Below, one piece after another: positions 38,858 to 49,817 of a stretch of 64,000 nt of DNA (positions within the stretch are counted from its first letter, which is position 1; every line of letters begins with the position of its first letter). Source of the DNA: an uncultured Candidatus Bathyarchaeia archaeon (GTDB lineage: Archaea; Thermoproteota; Bathyarchaeia; 40CM-2-53-6; CAVXDP01). A program made the position numbers and the translations under genes. The notes beneath the pieces were generated by a model that did not search any database, was not told the origin of the DNA, and worked only from the letters and a program-made list of their open reading frames with translations. The DNA lies in NCBI GenBank assembly GCA_964562925.1, contig CAZLVF010000004.1, positions 1,955-65,954 of the forward strand, written 5' to 3'.

Positions 38858-39607
38858 TTGGTAGATCTCAAAAGATTCGTCCAGTCGATTTCTCCGACGA
38901 GACGCGCCTATCTGGAGGACTCATACTCGCAGGCGCTTAATGCCAATGTTCTAAGATTTGCTGAGGAAAAGAACAATGCATACATAGCAGTTGACCAGAC
39001 GATCTTTCATCCAAGATCTGGAGGACAACCATCGGATCGAGGAGCACTAAGAGGATCCTCATTTCGCGTTGACGTTAAGAGAGCGATGCTCTTCAATGAA
39101 GTCATCGTCCACTACGGCAAGGTCGAGGGAAAGCCTGACGCTGGTGCCGTTGTATGCGAGATCGACTGGCCGAACCGATTGCTTCTGATGAGAAGGCATA
39201 CCGCAGCTCACCTACTGGACTATTGCCTCGCAACCCTTCGCAGATTCAATGTCGAGACAACCGACTCGTGGCTTGGTGATCAACCCTACGTTGGATACGC
39301 AGGACCTATCGCCTCTAACCTCGACGTGAAGCAAGTTGAAGAACTTGCGAATAGCTTCATCCGACAAGGCAGGAACGTTAGGGTTGTGGTAGTGAATAGG
39401 ACTGAAGCCGAGCGTCTGATCGTAAATGCACCTAACATCTCAAGGCTTCCCCAGACCGAAGAATTGAGGGTGGTAACAATTGAAGGCCAGCTTCCGATTC
39501 CTTGCGGAGGCACGCACGTGCGAAATCTCAGGGAAATCGAAGTCGTAGAGGTTCGAAGAATAGAACCGACCGAGTCTGGGTTCAGACTATACTTCGAAGT
39601 AAAGTGA
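38858..39607 (+). CDS. alaX: Alanyl-tRNA editing protein AlaX-M (Ser/Gly-tRNA(Ala) deacylase)
   Basis: HTAAHLL (HxxxH) and CGGTHV zinc motifs; about 250 aa. Confidence 0.75.
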   Translation: MVDLKRFVQSISPTRRAYLEDSYSQALNANVLRFAEEKNNAYIAVDQTIFHPRSGGQPSDRGALRGSSFRVDVKRAMLFNEVIVHYGKVEGKPDAGAVVCEIDWPNRLLLMRRHTAAHLLDYCLATLRRFNVETTDSWLGDQPYVGYAGPIASNLDVKQVEELANSFIRQGRNVRVVVVNRTEAERLIVNAPNISRLPQTEELRVVTIEGQLPIPCGGTHVRNLREIEVVEVRRIEPTESGFRLYFEVK

Positions 39608-39783
39608 TCAAGATATAGTAGAACAGTAAGCCTCGGTTTTTGCAGAGTAGACCACAGCTTATGATGAGAAGATGCCCACCAATTCTTCACGATTGAGAAC
39701 AGCCTGGTCCACGCAGGGAAGAAACCGCCAGGCCAGATAGAGTAGGAAATTCTCATTTTTCCCTTGCTTCGGATCAACCCGCT

Positions 39784-40935
39784 TCACTCGCTTACTCTTG
39801 AGCCAAGAACGAATATGAGACCGGCTACGAGCGCGACAGAAAATATTGAGACCTTGTACGTGCCGGTGGCATCAATCAGGAACCCGAAGACAACAGGCAT
39901 CATCAATGGCCCAATGTTACCGAGTGAGGAGATGAGACCAACAACGCTTCCCACGGAGCCCGAGAGACGCTCGCGCTTCGCCGGCACCGCAAGACTGATT
40001 GTGAGCACACCAATACTCGTGAACCCTGAGAGGAAGATACATAAAAGTAAGAGGGGGAAAGGGACATAGTTTATCCCTATGATTGATATTGCCGCAACTA
40101 TCCCCATCAAGGCTAGAACCGTCTTCCCATTCTGAAACTTGTCTAAGGCTAGACCCATGATAGGTCCAGCAAGAAAGAACCCTAAAGGGAGAAAAGATGC
40201 AATCGCCTTGTCAAGTTCCTTCATCTCCAAGACCTTGGGCATCCAAGTAGCGAGGGTATCATAACTTCCCATCGATGCTATCATCAAGAAAAGCAGAACC
40301 CAGACGTACCTGTCCTTTAGAACCCTTGCGAAGTTCTCGAGCTTGAGCCCAGAGGTGCTTTTCAGACTGCTTCTGGCAAACCCCCACCAGAACGCGCTTA
40401 CAATAGCAGCTACAAAGCTATAGACGAGGAGAACATCCCTCCAAGTCATCATCTCGAGCAAAAGCGGCGTGAGTCCGAGCGCTGCAGCGTTGCCAAGAGC
40501 GAAACCTGAAACATAGACGCCTGTCGAAAGGCCAAGTCTCTTAGGCGACCACTCCTTCACCAAAAGCGGTAGACATGGCAGGACGACGGCTAGCCCTAAC
40601 CCTAGAAAGAACTGGCTTAGGAGCAGCGTGATGTAGCTGGGCGAGAGCGCCCTCAGCAGGGCAGAAGCTGCAGAGATGGGCAACGCTATCTTGAGAGCAT
40701 TTAGATAGCCCGTTCTATCGGCTATAAAACCCCAAGCTATCCTGAAGGTGATGAGACTTATCATTGTGGCTGAGAAGAGAAAGGCGAAGCTGGCGTGAGA
40801 CAAACCCATCTCCTCCATGATCACCGTGACCATCGGCGCTGTAGCGAATAGCTGTAGGTGCAGAAGAAAGGCGATTATGAAGGAGAAAGAGAGCATCCTC
40901 CAACCATATTCACTCGTGTACATAGCCATACGCAC
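39784..40935 (-). CDS. MFS transporter
   Basis: 12-TM profile with an MFS-like loop. Confidence 0.65.
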   Translation of the reverse strand: MRMAMYTSEYGWRMLSFSFIIAFLLHLQLFATAPMVTVIMEEMGLSHASFAFLFSATMISLITFRIAWGFIADRTGYLNALKIALPISAASALLRALSPSYITLLLSQFFLGLGLAVVLPCLPLLVKEWSPKRLGLSTGVYVSGFALGNAAALGLTPLLLEMMTWRDVLLVYSFVAAIVSAFWWGFARSSLKSTSGLKLENFARVLKDRYVWVLLFLMIASMGSYDTLATWMPKVLEMKELDKAIASFLPLGFFLAGPIMGLALDKFQNGKTVLALMGIVAAISIIGINYVPFPLLLLCIFLSGFTSIGVLTISLAVPAKRERLSGSVGSVVGLISSLGNIGPLMMPVVFGFLIDATGTYKVSIFSVALVAGLIFVLGSRVSE

Positions 40936-41523
40936 TTCAACCTTCAGAGAGGCTTTAACCGATAGATCGATGCTGACGAGACATCATCCATCATACTGCC
41001 TGACTAGCTTGAAGGACATTTCGCAGCACCAATTGGCAACCGGTCAGAGACTCCAAGGTGTTGCATCGGTATCATAACTGCATACCCGCGGACCAAGTCG
41101 ACCGCCTTCTCGTTCAGACTGGACGTAACTGTTAGGCCTAACCGCGACCATGATGTTAACCCGTCACACCACAAGAGTCTTTCCTGTGACAGGTTTCGAA
41201 GAACCTACTTCTATAGTCAAGAAATCTCATCAAGACCGTCATTCTTGCGAAGATATAAGACGAGAATGCAAGTCACCAGTGTTGCGATTGACACAGACGT
41301 ATATCTAGCTGATCTTTTGAGTTTTCTACAGCAATACTCTTTTCTTTCCTCGTGTCGAAATCTTCAGCGGCAAGCCCGCGCTCCATGGAATGACTTGACA
41401 TACTTGGCCTGCGGTCAGATACCATAGAGCAGCGAATGACGCTTTTGGACAAGATAGCACGGAAAAGTCGCTCCGAAAGTCATATATGGTTACCAAGGAA
41501 TAACCCCCCTATCCAGAGGAAAG

Positions 41524-43161
41524 TTGACTGAGGAAAAGACGCTATTTCTTCGTAGGGCTTCAGGACTCGCGCGAGCATGGAACATTTTTGACGGGTTCAT
41601 CTATTGTATCTATGGAGCTAGCATATTTGGCGCGGCTTCGCTGGCCTACGCACTCTCGTTCCCATGGCCGGACGGGAATATTCCGCTAGCGATAGTTCTA
41701 ACCTGTCTGGGCGTGTATCCATGCGCAATAGTATACGCAATGAATTCGTCCACTATGCCTAGAGTTGGAGGAGACTATATCTGGCAAAGCAGAGTCTTCG
41801 GTGGGTTCTGGGGATACACGCTCTGCTTAGTCGGAATAGGATTTTGGACATGGTTCTTCGTGGCTAGCAACGTCTTGCCGGGAACAGTCGGGTCAGTCTC
41901 ACCCACGTTCTTCGCGCTCGGCATAATGTCCGGAAATCAGGGGATGATAGATTTCGCGAGCTGGCTAACAACCACTGACGGTCTATGGTGGGCATACGTT
42001 GCATTTTGCGTCTGGGCTTTTCTGATAATGGTCGCCGGAATGAAGTGGTACGGTAGAGTTCAACGCTGGTTATTCTACATAGGCTGCCTAGTAGTCGTCA
42101 TATGGGTTGCAATGCTTGCTATTACCACCCATCAAGACTATGTGAATAACTTCAACTGGTTTATGTCCACATACTTCAATTGGGGAGGTGCAAACCCATA
42201 TCAGTACGTGATCGACCAAGCGGTCTCCGCAGGATATAGTCCTGTACCGTTCGATCAGACGAAGTTCATGCCTAGCTGGCAACTCATCCCTGTTATGAGT
42301 TACGTTTTTCCATGGATTATGTGGGCTGGACCTATGGCGGGAGAGATTAGTGGAATCACAGATCTAAAGAAGTCTTTGTGGATGTACGTTGGATCCAACA
42401 CGTTCGGTATGATCGTTTGCGCAGGTACCATGTACGCTACCATTATGATCGTTGGCAACGAGTTCCTCTTCTCAGCGAGCTACATGTGGTTCGCTATGGG
42501 TGGCGCATCGGCTATACCGATGTCTCCGTTCCTCGGCTTTCTCTATCTTACGATGACCCGCAACCCGTTCTTTTGGATAATGACGGTTATAGGTATGAAC
42601 GCATGGTACTGGATATGGCCGACCAACGGCTGGGTCAATACTGTCAGAATGTACTTTGCAATGTCATTTGACAGAGCCCTTCCAGGATGGTTCGGTGCTG
42701 TTGATAAAAGACTTAGAAGCCCATTGAATGCCATTATCTTTTCAACCATCGGAACTGTTGTGATGGGTTGGGTGTATATCTACACGCCATTCTGGAAGTT
42801 CACGCTTGACGCCCTCGTCGGCGCTGGCGCGGTACTAGCTGCTTCGACACTAGCAGGAACTGTTATGCCGTACCGAAAGAGGACAAAGGCATTATGGGAA
42901 GCTTCTCCCGCATCCAAGTACAAGGTTGGCAACGTTCCGGTGATCACTATTGCAGGCATTCTTGGGACAGTGTTCTACTGGATACCGACATTCTTTATGT
43001 GGATCACCGACAGCAGGTATGGTGTTAATGACCCTCTCTCAGCGGTCGTCGTAATAAGCTCGTTCGTGGTGGGGGGAATACTCTACTACGCAATGAAGCT
43101 GTACAGAAAGAGCAGGGGCATTGACCTGAATCTACTGTTTCGCGAAATACCGTACGAATAG
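41524..43161 (+). CDS. APC-superfamily amino acid/polyamine permease (paralog of 1608..3224)
   Basis: 12 TM helices; shares N- and C-terminal motifs with the first permease. Confidence 0.7.
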   Translation: MTEEKTLFLRRASGLARAWNIFDGFIYCIYGASIFGAASLAYALSFPWPDGNIPLAIVLTCLGVYPCAIVYAMNSSTMPRVGGDYIWQSRVFGGFWGYTLCLVGIGFWTWFFVASNVLPGTVGSVSPTFFALGIMSGNQGMIDFASWLTTTDGLWWAYVAFCVWAFLIMVAGMKWYGRVQRWLFYIGCLVVVIWVAMLAITTHQDYVNNFNWFMSTYFNWGGANPYQYVIDQAVSAGYSPVPFDQTKFMPSWQLIPVMSYVFPWIMWAGPMAGEISGITDLKKSLWMYVGSNTFGMIVCAGTMYATIMIVGNEFLFSASYMWFAMGGASAIPMSPFLGFLYLTMTRNPFFWIMTVIGMNAWYWIWPTNGWVNTVRMYFAMSFDRALPGWFGAVDKRLRSPLNAIIFSTIGTVVMGWVYIYTPFWKFTLDALVGAGAVLAASTLAGTVMPYRKRTKALWEASPASKYKVGNVPVITIAGILGTVFYWIPTFFMWITDSRYGVNDPLSAVVVISSFVVGGILYYAMKLYRKSRGIDLNLLFREIPYE

Positions 43162-43349
43162 AACCCCACCTTTTGTTCTATTATTGGCGCAGACTCTTTG
43201 TCTGTATACGTAGTAGGCCGGAACGCCGATTACGGCGAGTGGAATCAACGTTACTGTGAGAACCACTAGTCCGACAACAACGTGAATAATAGATCGTTGA
43301 GAGTTAAGTGAGAATGATGCTCTTCGGCAATGTCTCAAGAAACGGGTGG

Positions 43350-44364
43350 TTACCCTATGTGATAGTAGAGTTCTCTAGGCCTGAGCTCTTCGAATTCATC
43401 TGTTTGTTGGGCTATGTATCTCCTTACGTCTATGCAGAGATGACATTTTGAAACATAGCCTTGAAGGCGCTCCTTATAGTCAAACTTTGTAACGGCGAAT
43501 TCAAGAAGTCTACTCAAATCGGTTACAAGAGCTTCCAGAATTGGCCGCTCATTCAGATCTATTCCTCGGCACAGCGAGCCTAGCTCTCTGCCGTCCCCTA
43601 AGGAAATGCCAGCGCAATATCCACGCATGTAATTGCAGTAGTTGTCTATGTGTACGTGCCAGCCTCTTGTCAATTCCTCTTCACAAGATTTGCCGAAAAA
43701 TTGCTTTGCTGGATATTTCTTGTACAGGTAGGCAAGGCTCTCTACGGCCCTTCCCATGGGAAGTAGCTCTGTATAGGCTAATCCACTTGGCTCTTTTCGT
43801 AGATACTGTTCGAAAGGCAAAGTGCCGTTGATCTTTAGTTTTCTGAATTGGCGATAGAAAGTCTCTTGGTATACGATTGCGTTCGCGCCGAAAACTTCTC
43901 TACTTATCTTGACGGCTCTTTCTGTCCGTTCGAACGGAATTTGGCCTAATATGAACGGGTTTACACTGATAAGCACGCCATCCAACCGAGTCTCTCAGCT
44001 CCACAAGTTTCCGCCTAGTGATCTTATCATCTGTGCACCAGAAAGAATTGGTCTCGACAAAAGTGGAGGAGATTCTAAGCTCGTCCGCCATTCGAGTAAG
44101 CTTGAGTAAAAGGTCGAAGTTAAGAAATGGCTCGCCACCAGTGAAGTGAAGACCCCAGTTCACGCCGACTCTATTTGGTCCGAAAGGGCTTTCCTGAATT
44201 CTACCCGATAATTCAGTCAGAATTCTCCCCGCATCTTTTTCAGAAATCCAGTCATTCTTCCAACTAGGAGATGAAGCGTACATGCAGTGCTCGCATTCGC
44301 TAGTACACTTGTACGAGAAGAGTATGCCTCCGGAAAAGGGCTTCTCTATGCAAAGATTTTCCAT
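43350..44364 (-). pseudogene. Radical SAM protein split into two overlapping ORFs (43900..44364 N-terminal part and 43350..43985 C-terminal part) by an apparent frameshift
   Basis: The N-terminal piece carries CTSECEHC (CxxxCxxC) and GLHFTGGEPFL. The core continues in another frame. The overlap region is 43903–43994. Confidence 0.5.
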
Positions 44365-45112
44365 GCCTGGAATTCTGATCTCAGGAGACTTCTTAAGCTT
44401 AAGGGATGAAATAGCACCGACAGAATTTCAGCGCTGGTTACGTCCTAAGACTCGGTTCGATATTTTGGCGCTATGTCCGAACTTTGCAGTTAGGTCGCGC
44501 AGAAGTAAAGAAGCGGTTAAACGTGTCTCCCCATTACACACATTGAAAACATTAGGGTTCATCAAATATAGCCAGCCTTCAATGTTCTTCTCGATCTCTC
44601 CAGATCTCGAGAGGGTTACTGAACTTGAATTCCGTCAAGTAAAGAAATAAGTAACTGACGGAAGCGTTGTTTGTCCGGATCTGAGGTCAAGGAGATTCAG
44701 ATGCCCTCGCTTAAGATCCTATCCAGACAAGAGATTAACGAGGTCCATCATGCCTCATAGATGCAACATGCTTTGAGCCATTTGACCGAGGAACTATGCC
44801 TATCCAAGGTCAGCGACAGATCCACTAGAAGAACCTAGGCGAGTTTGTCAGCAAAGCTAAGAGAGACATTGCACTAAGTTGAAGACGTCTTTCGTATAGC
44901 GCTCTCTTTTGATTTTGTCATAGCAAACAGAGCGGATCCTAAACAGGCCTTTATAAGCGGGCATGCCGAGTCATCCAAGATAGTAGAATACACCGTACGC
45001 TTAGAGAGAACCTTACAAATCTAGGGGCGCTTGTAGGGGACGTGAGAGAGCGGCCCACGGATCTAGAACTCAAAGGTTTCGGTACTTCTCGTACGCCTCA
45101 GGTGCGCATGCC

Positions 45113-45373
45113 TTGAGTGTGAACGAAATCGTTCAAGAAGAGAATCCTTCACTTCCAAAGATAGTCATCTTGGGGAATCTTTGTAAGGGATGCGGGATAT
45201 GTATCGAGTTCTGCCCTTTCAAGATTTTAAAGACGGGAAGCCGCATGACGAGGAAGGGTATCTTTCCTCCTGAGGTTATCAATCAGAGCAAATGCACAGC
45301 TTGCCGAATCTGCCAGCACTTTTGCCCCGACTTTGCAATATTCATCGTCGGGAGGTCTCAGATTTCGCCTTAG
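45113..45373 (+). CDS. 2-oxoacid:ferredoxin oxidoreductase delta subunit (2x[4Fe-4S])
   Basis: CKGCGICIEFCP and CTACRICQHFCP. Confidence 0.75.
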   Translation: MSVNEIVQEENPSLPKIVILGNLCKGCGICIEFCPFKILKTGSRMTRKGIFPPEVINQSKCTACRICQHFCPDFAIFIVGRSQISP

Positions 45374-45393
45374 CAAAACCCGGAAGATACTTT

Positions 45394-46509
45394 ATGCAGG
45401 GAAATGAGGCGTGCGCCCTAGGTGCTGTCGCGGCAGGTTGCCGATTCTTCGCGTTCTACCCCATCACTCCAGCAGGCGAGATTGCCGAGAAGATGTCTCA
45501 TCTTCTCCCAAAGGTCCGAGGCGTCTACATTCAGATGGAGGACGAGATCGCATCCATCGGGAGTGTGATCGGCGCATCGTGGACTGGTTTGAAAGCTATG
45601 ACCGCCACCTCTGGTCCTGGCTTCAGCCTCATGCAGGAGAACATCGGATACGCGGTGATGACCGAGACGCCTTGCGTGATTGTGGATGTGCAGCGGGCAG
45701 GCCCTAGCACCGGAATCGTCTCTGCTCCGATGCAAGGAGATGTAGCTCAAGCCAGACACGGCAGTCACGGCGAGTATGAGATTATCGCTCTTGCACCATC
45801 GTCTGCTCAAGAGATGTTCGACTTAACGATTCGAGCATTCAACCTCTCTGAGCAGTTCCGAACGCCGGTGATCGTGCTCGCCGACGAGACGGTTGGCCAC
45901 ATGCGTGAGGAGGTCATCATTCCCGAGAAAAGGTCGCTCACGATCGTCAATAGAAAGGTTCCATCGAGTAGTGAAGAGGCGTCACGAAGCTTCCTGAGCC
46001 CTTCGGTCGCTCCAATGCCAGCGTTGGGAACGGGCTTCTCAGTTCACGTTACCGGATCCGCACATGACGAATATGGAAAACGAGTATCTGGCTCACCTGA
46101 CGCGATCGACAGGATAGTCAGAACAATCAGTGAAAAGATACAAGTGCACACGGAAAAGATCTCGAACTTTGAGATGGTGATGTTGGACGACGCAGACATA
46201 GCACTCGTCGCGTACGGAAGCTGTTCTAGAACAGCAGAGTTCGTTGTGAAGCGGGCGCATGAGAAAGGAGTGCACCTCGGTCTGCTCAGACTGATCGAGC
46301 TATGGCCCTTCCCTAGAAAGGGTGTGCAGGAAGCGCTGAAGCATGTCGAGAAGATCGTTGTGTTAGAGAATAACCTTGGCCAAGTACTCCCCGAGATTGA
46401 GAGAGCAATGGCAGGCCATGCAGAGATAACGTTTCTCCCTCCCGAAACGATCGGAACCCTGCACAGACCCGACTATGTTTTAGAGCATGTGATGAAGGTC
46501 GCCATGTAG
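45394..46509 (+). CDS. 2-oxoacid:ferredoxin oxidoreductase alpha subunit. The ORF-track start at 45292 overlaps delta. The ATG at 45394 is the likelier start.
   Basis: MQGNEACALGAVAAGCRFFAFYPITP matches the Por/Kor/Vor alpha N-terminus. Confidence 0.75.
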   Translation: MQGNEACALGAVAAGCRFFAFYPITPAGEIAEKMSHLLPKVRGVYIQMEDEIASIGSVIGASWTGLKAMTATSGPGFSLMQENIGYAVMTETPCVIVDVQRAGPSTGIVSAPMQGDVAQARHGSHGEYEIIALAPSSAQEMFDLTIRAFNLSEQFRTPVIVLADETVGHMREEVIIPEKRSLTIVNRKVPSSSEEASRSFLSPSVAPMPALGTGFSVHVTGSAHDEYGKRVSGSPDAIDRIVRTISEKIQVHTEKISNFEMVMLDDADIALVAYGSCSRTAEFVVKRAHEKGVHLGLLRLIELWPFPRKGVQEALKHVEKIVVLENNLGQVLPEIERAMAGHAEITFLPPETIGTLHRPDYVLEHVMKVAM

Positions 46510-46511
46510 TC

Positions 46512-47348
46512 TTGCCAACTCATCAGTCGCACCCATTGGCCAAGTACCTGCGTCCCGGCGCCCAGCCGCACTTGCATTGCTCAGGCTGTGGCAACGGAAT
46601 CATTGCACAATGCTTTCTTAGAGCCGTCGACGAAGCCGAGATCCCGACGAGAAAGATTGTTTGCGTCGCGGGAATTGGATGCAGCGGTTGGATTCCCAGC
46701 CCCTTGTTCAACATGGATACGCTTCATGTGACTCATGGCAGACCGATCGCTTTCGCTACCGGCGTTAAGCTCAGCAACCCAAGTTTAGAGGTTGTAGTCT
46801 TTACGGGCAACGGAGACTGCTCCGCAATCGGAGGTAATCACCTCATACATGCTGCTCGTAGAAACATCGGGATCAAAGTGATCTGCGTCAACAACATGAT
46901 CTATGGCATGACAGGTGGAGAGGTAGCTCCCACGACACCCCGAGGGATCAAAACAACGACTACTCCCTTTGGCAACTTGGAGAGGCCATTCGACCTTTCG
47001 AGACTGGTCGCGGCGGCTGGAGGAACCTACGTTGTAAGATGGACCACGTACCATGTCGCCGGACTAGTTGCCTCGATGAAGAAGGCTTTGAAGAGGAGAG
47101 GCTTCGCTTTTGTTGAGGTCATATCACAGTGCCCCATCCACTACGGGCGTAGGGCAGGGTTCTCAAATCCGGTCGACATGATGAGGTGGTTTCAGAAGCA
47201 ATCTGTCACAATTGAGCGGGCAAGTGAAATGAGCGAACAAGAGCTTTCCGGAAAATTTGTTGTGGGAGAGTTCGTAAACATCGAGGCGCCGGAGCTGACC
47301 GGGCTATACGCAGAGCTATTTGAGGCAACCAATCGTGAGTCGAACTGA
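46512..47348 (+). CDS. 2-oxoacid:ferredoxin oxidoreductase beta subunit (TPP-binding)
   Basis: HCSGCGNG...GIGCSGW motifs. Confidence 0.75.
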   Translation: MPTHQSHPLAKYLRPGAQPHLHCSGCGNGIIAQCFLRAVDEAEIPTRKIVCVAGIGCSGWIPSPLFNMDTLHVTHGRPIAFATGVKLSNPSLEVVVFTGNGDCSAIGGNHLIHAARRNIGIKVICVNNMIYGMTGGEVAPTTPRGIKTTTTPFGNLERPFDLSRLVAAAGGTYVVRWTTYHVAGLVASMKKALKRRGFAFVEVISQCPIHYGRRAGFSNPVDMMRWFQKQSVTIERASEMSEQELSGKFVVGEFVNIEAPELTGLYAELFEATNRESN

Positions 47349-47904
47349 AGTCAGGCTCGCAGGGTTCGGCGGCCAAGGCTTGATCCTAGCCGGAATCCTA
47401 CTAGGCCACGCTGCAGCTGCTCATGAAGGGAAGAAGGCTGTTCAGACCCAGTCCTATGGATCAGAGACTAGAGGGGGAGCAGCTCGCTCAGAGGTCGTAA
47501 TCTCAAATGAGAGGATAGACTATCCCAAGGTGATTTCGGCTGACATCACAATTACAATGTCGCAAGAAGCGTTTGACATGTACGCAAGTGATATACGGCC
47601 CGGACGCAAGCTGTTCATTGATGCCGACTTGGTCTCCAGCGTGCCAGCCGACCTTGAAAGCGTGCTTTGTCGAATTCCGGCGACAAAGATAGCGGCGGAG
47701 GAGCTGAAGAAGACGCTGGTTGCCAACATGGTCATGCTTGGGGCGGTGGTCGCAGTAACCAAGGTAGTTGAACTTGCCAGCTTGGAGAAGAGTATCAGGG
47801 AACTGGCTCCCAAAGGATCGATCGACCTGAACATACGAGCCTTGGAGCGAGGGTTCGAGTGGGCAAATGCGCATCTTAGAAGCGAAATGGGTCGAGGTGG
47901 ATGA
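47320..47904 (+). CDS. 2-oxoacid:ferredoxin oxidoreductase gamma subunit
   Basis: LAGFGGQG motif; about 190 aa. Confidence 0.7.
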   Translation: MRQPIVSRTEVRLAGFGGQGLILAGILLGHAAAAHEGKKAVQTQSYGSETRGGAARSEVVISNERIDYPKVISADITITMSQEAFDMYASDIRPGRKLFIDADLVSSVPADLESVLCRIPATKIAAEELKKTLVANMVMLGAVVAVTKVVELASLEKSIRELAPKGSIDLNIRALERGFEWANAHLRSEMGRGG

Positions 47905-48361
47905 TAGCGCCTGCGTCCTCAGCGGCGATCGGTCTTATAGTCCGCTTCGGCGGCTTACGGTGTAGAACTTCGTAAGTTAGTTTCTGCTAGAGTCAAAGGC
48001 CAGACCGCTATAGCGTTTCCTAGATGAAATCGGGTCGCTAGTTCACGACTCAAGGGTGTAGATATCATTCGACTTGTCTTTTTTGACTGAGCTCTCAACA
48101 AGAGAGCTCGACAGGATTGCGAGTGAAATACTGCTTTAATAGTCCGTTTACGTATCTTTCAAGATAGATGATGTGGACTGACCTGCATGGAAGAGCTCCT
48201 CAGCTCAGATGTCATGATGTACCTCCACTGAATCTTCGTCCTTGTTTCGCGTCAAGACACCGCTAAGATGCGCTTGGTTTTGTATTTCTGAAGTTTACCT
48301 GCCAAAGGTTATCGAGAGGATATTGCCAGATTTCTGAATATTTGAGCATGAATCTCTGCAG

Positions 48362-49114
48362 ATGTCGTGTTTAGATTTGACGTGTTTTTCACGAATTCAT
48401 TTATATCCAGCGCCTTCTGATAAACGGACTTCAAGAGGGGATCCCATGCCGAGTTCGCGGCTACTCTCTCTCGTTATGATATGGATAGCGCTTCCGGAAT
48501 GGCTTTCCCACCTTCTACACAGAGAAAGACCCCCTCAACAAGACCTAGCCAAACCAGACAGGAACAGAAAGGCGAGTAACCCGATCGCAGACGTCGATAT
48601 GGCAATGGAGGAGTTGAGACTATACTCCTTTGAGAGAGAGATTCTCAGCGCGGCGTTGACCGCAATCTATGAAGCTGAAGTCAAGGGCATTCTGAAAGTT
48701 GAGGAGAGGGATAGACTCTCTGAACGATACAAGAGAGACCTTCAGATTCTGGATGAAAGAATTGAAGAGAGGCGTAGAGTGACCGATTTCGTGAATCTAC
48801 AGAAAGAGAAGAGGGAGCTGCAAGAAGAGTTCTCTCAAAAGATTTCTGAGGTTGACAGAAAGATTGAGGAGTTGAGATCTCTCATCGGATCACTACCTCA
48901 ACCGGAACCTTACATATCTAGTAGACAACTGAACTCATCAGAAAAGGTGACGCATTCCTCCGAACAGTACAAAGAAACCGAGGATACTTCACCAGGACAG
49001 AAGCTTGTGACATCGAATAGAATGCGAACAAGAACAGATGAGAAGATCGAGACCATAAGAGAAGAGGTTCTTAAAGCCATAGAGAGACTGGAGCAGATAG
49101 AGTCGGAGGGCTGA
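48362..49114 (+). CDS. Coiled-coil protein of unknown function. The true start is possibly the internal Met near 48599.
   Basis: Charged heptad-rich segment (EERDRLSERYKRDLQILDERIEERRR...). Confidence 0.35.
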   Translation: MSCLDLTCFSRIHLYPAPSDKRTSRGDPMPSSRLLSLVMIWIALPEWLSHLLHRERPPQQDLAKPDRNRKASNPIADVDMAMEELRLYSFEREILSAALTAIYEAEVKGILKVEERDRLSERYKRDLQILDERIEERRRVTDFVNLQKEKRELQEEFSQKISEVDRKIEELRSLIGSLPQPEPYISSRQLNSSEKVTHSSEQYKETEDTSPGQKLVTSNRMRTRTDEKIETIREEVLKAIERLEQIESEG

Positions 49115-49118
49115 GACG

Positions 49119-49817
49119 ATGAGCTGGGTTGAGAGAGCGAGACAAGCCTCAGCTGTAGCTTCACTCAACCTTGTTGAGAACGACAGCGTCGTCGGGCTCG
49201 GAAGCGGACGGACGGTTTCATTCGTTATCAAAGAACTTGGAAAGAAAGTGAAGAGAGAAGATCTGAACATCAAAGTAGTCCCGACCTCGATCCAGACTGA
49301 GATCCTCTCTGCAAAGAATGGACTGAACCTGACCAACCTACTTGAACATCCTGAGCTTGACCTAGCGATAGACGGCGCGGACCAGGTTGAGGTACGCACA
49401 TTAGATTTGTTAAAAGGAGCTGGGGGAGCCCTCGCAAGAGAGAAAGTTGTGGCCTTCGCGGCGAAGAAGTTTGTGATAGTCGTGGACGAGAAAAAAGTTG
49501 CGAAACACGGCCTCAACGGTAAGGTTCCAGTTGAGGTACTCCCGTTTGGCGTCGGATTCGTCATGAGAGAGATAGCCCGAATTGGTGGTAGACCGACGCT
49601 GAGAGAGAGCAGAGGGAAACTTGGACCGGTCGTAACGGATAATGGCAACTATATCATCGACATAGACTTCGGAAGGATATACTATCCAAAAAAGCTGGAT
49701 AGAAGCCTCAGGACGATACCCGGCATAACTGAGACCGGCCTGTTTCTGGGACTAGCAGACATAGTGTACATTGGCCGAAGAGATCGTAGGGTTCAGACCC
49801 TCAGAGGGAAGAGGTAG
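49119..49817 (+). CDS. rpiA: Ribose-5-phosphate isomerase A
   Basis: VVGLGSGRT, DGADQV and KGAGGAL motifs. Confidence 0.85.
   Translation: MSWVERARQASAVASLNLVENDSVVGLGSGRTVSFVIKELGKKVKREDLNIKVVPTSIQTEILSAKNGLNLTNLLEHPELDLAIDGADQVEVRTLDLLKGAGGALAREKVVAFAAKKFVIVVDEKKVAKHGLNGKVPVEVLPFGVGFVMREIARIGGRPTLRESRGKLGPVVTDNGNYIIDIDFGRIYYPKKLDRSLRTIPGITETGLFLGLADIVYIGRRDRRVQTLRGKR

Noticed and set aside
44282-44650. 122-aa + strand ORF upstream of the por operon
   Set aside because: It is largely antisense to the radical SAM N-terminal fragment and has no recognisable features.
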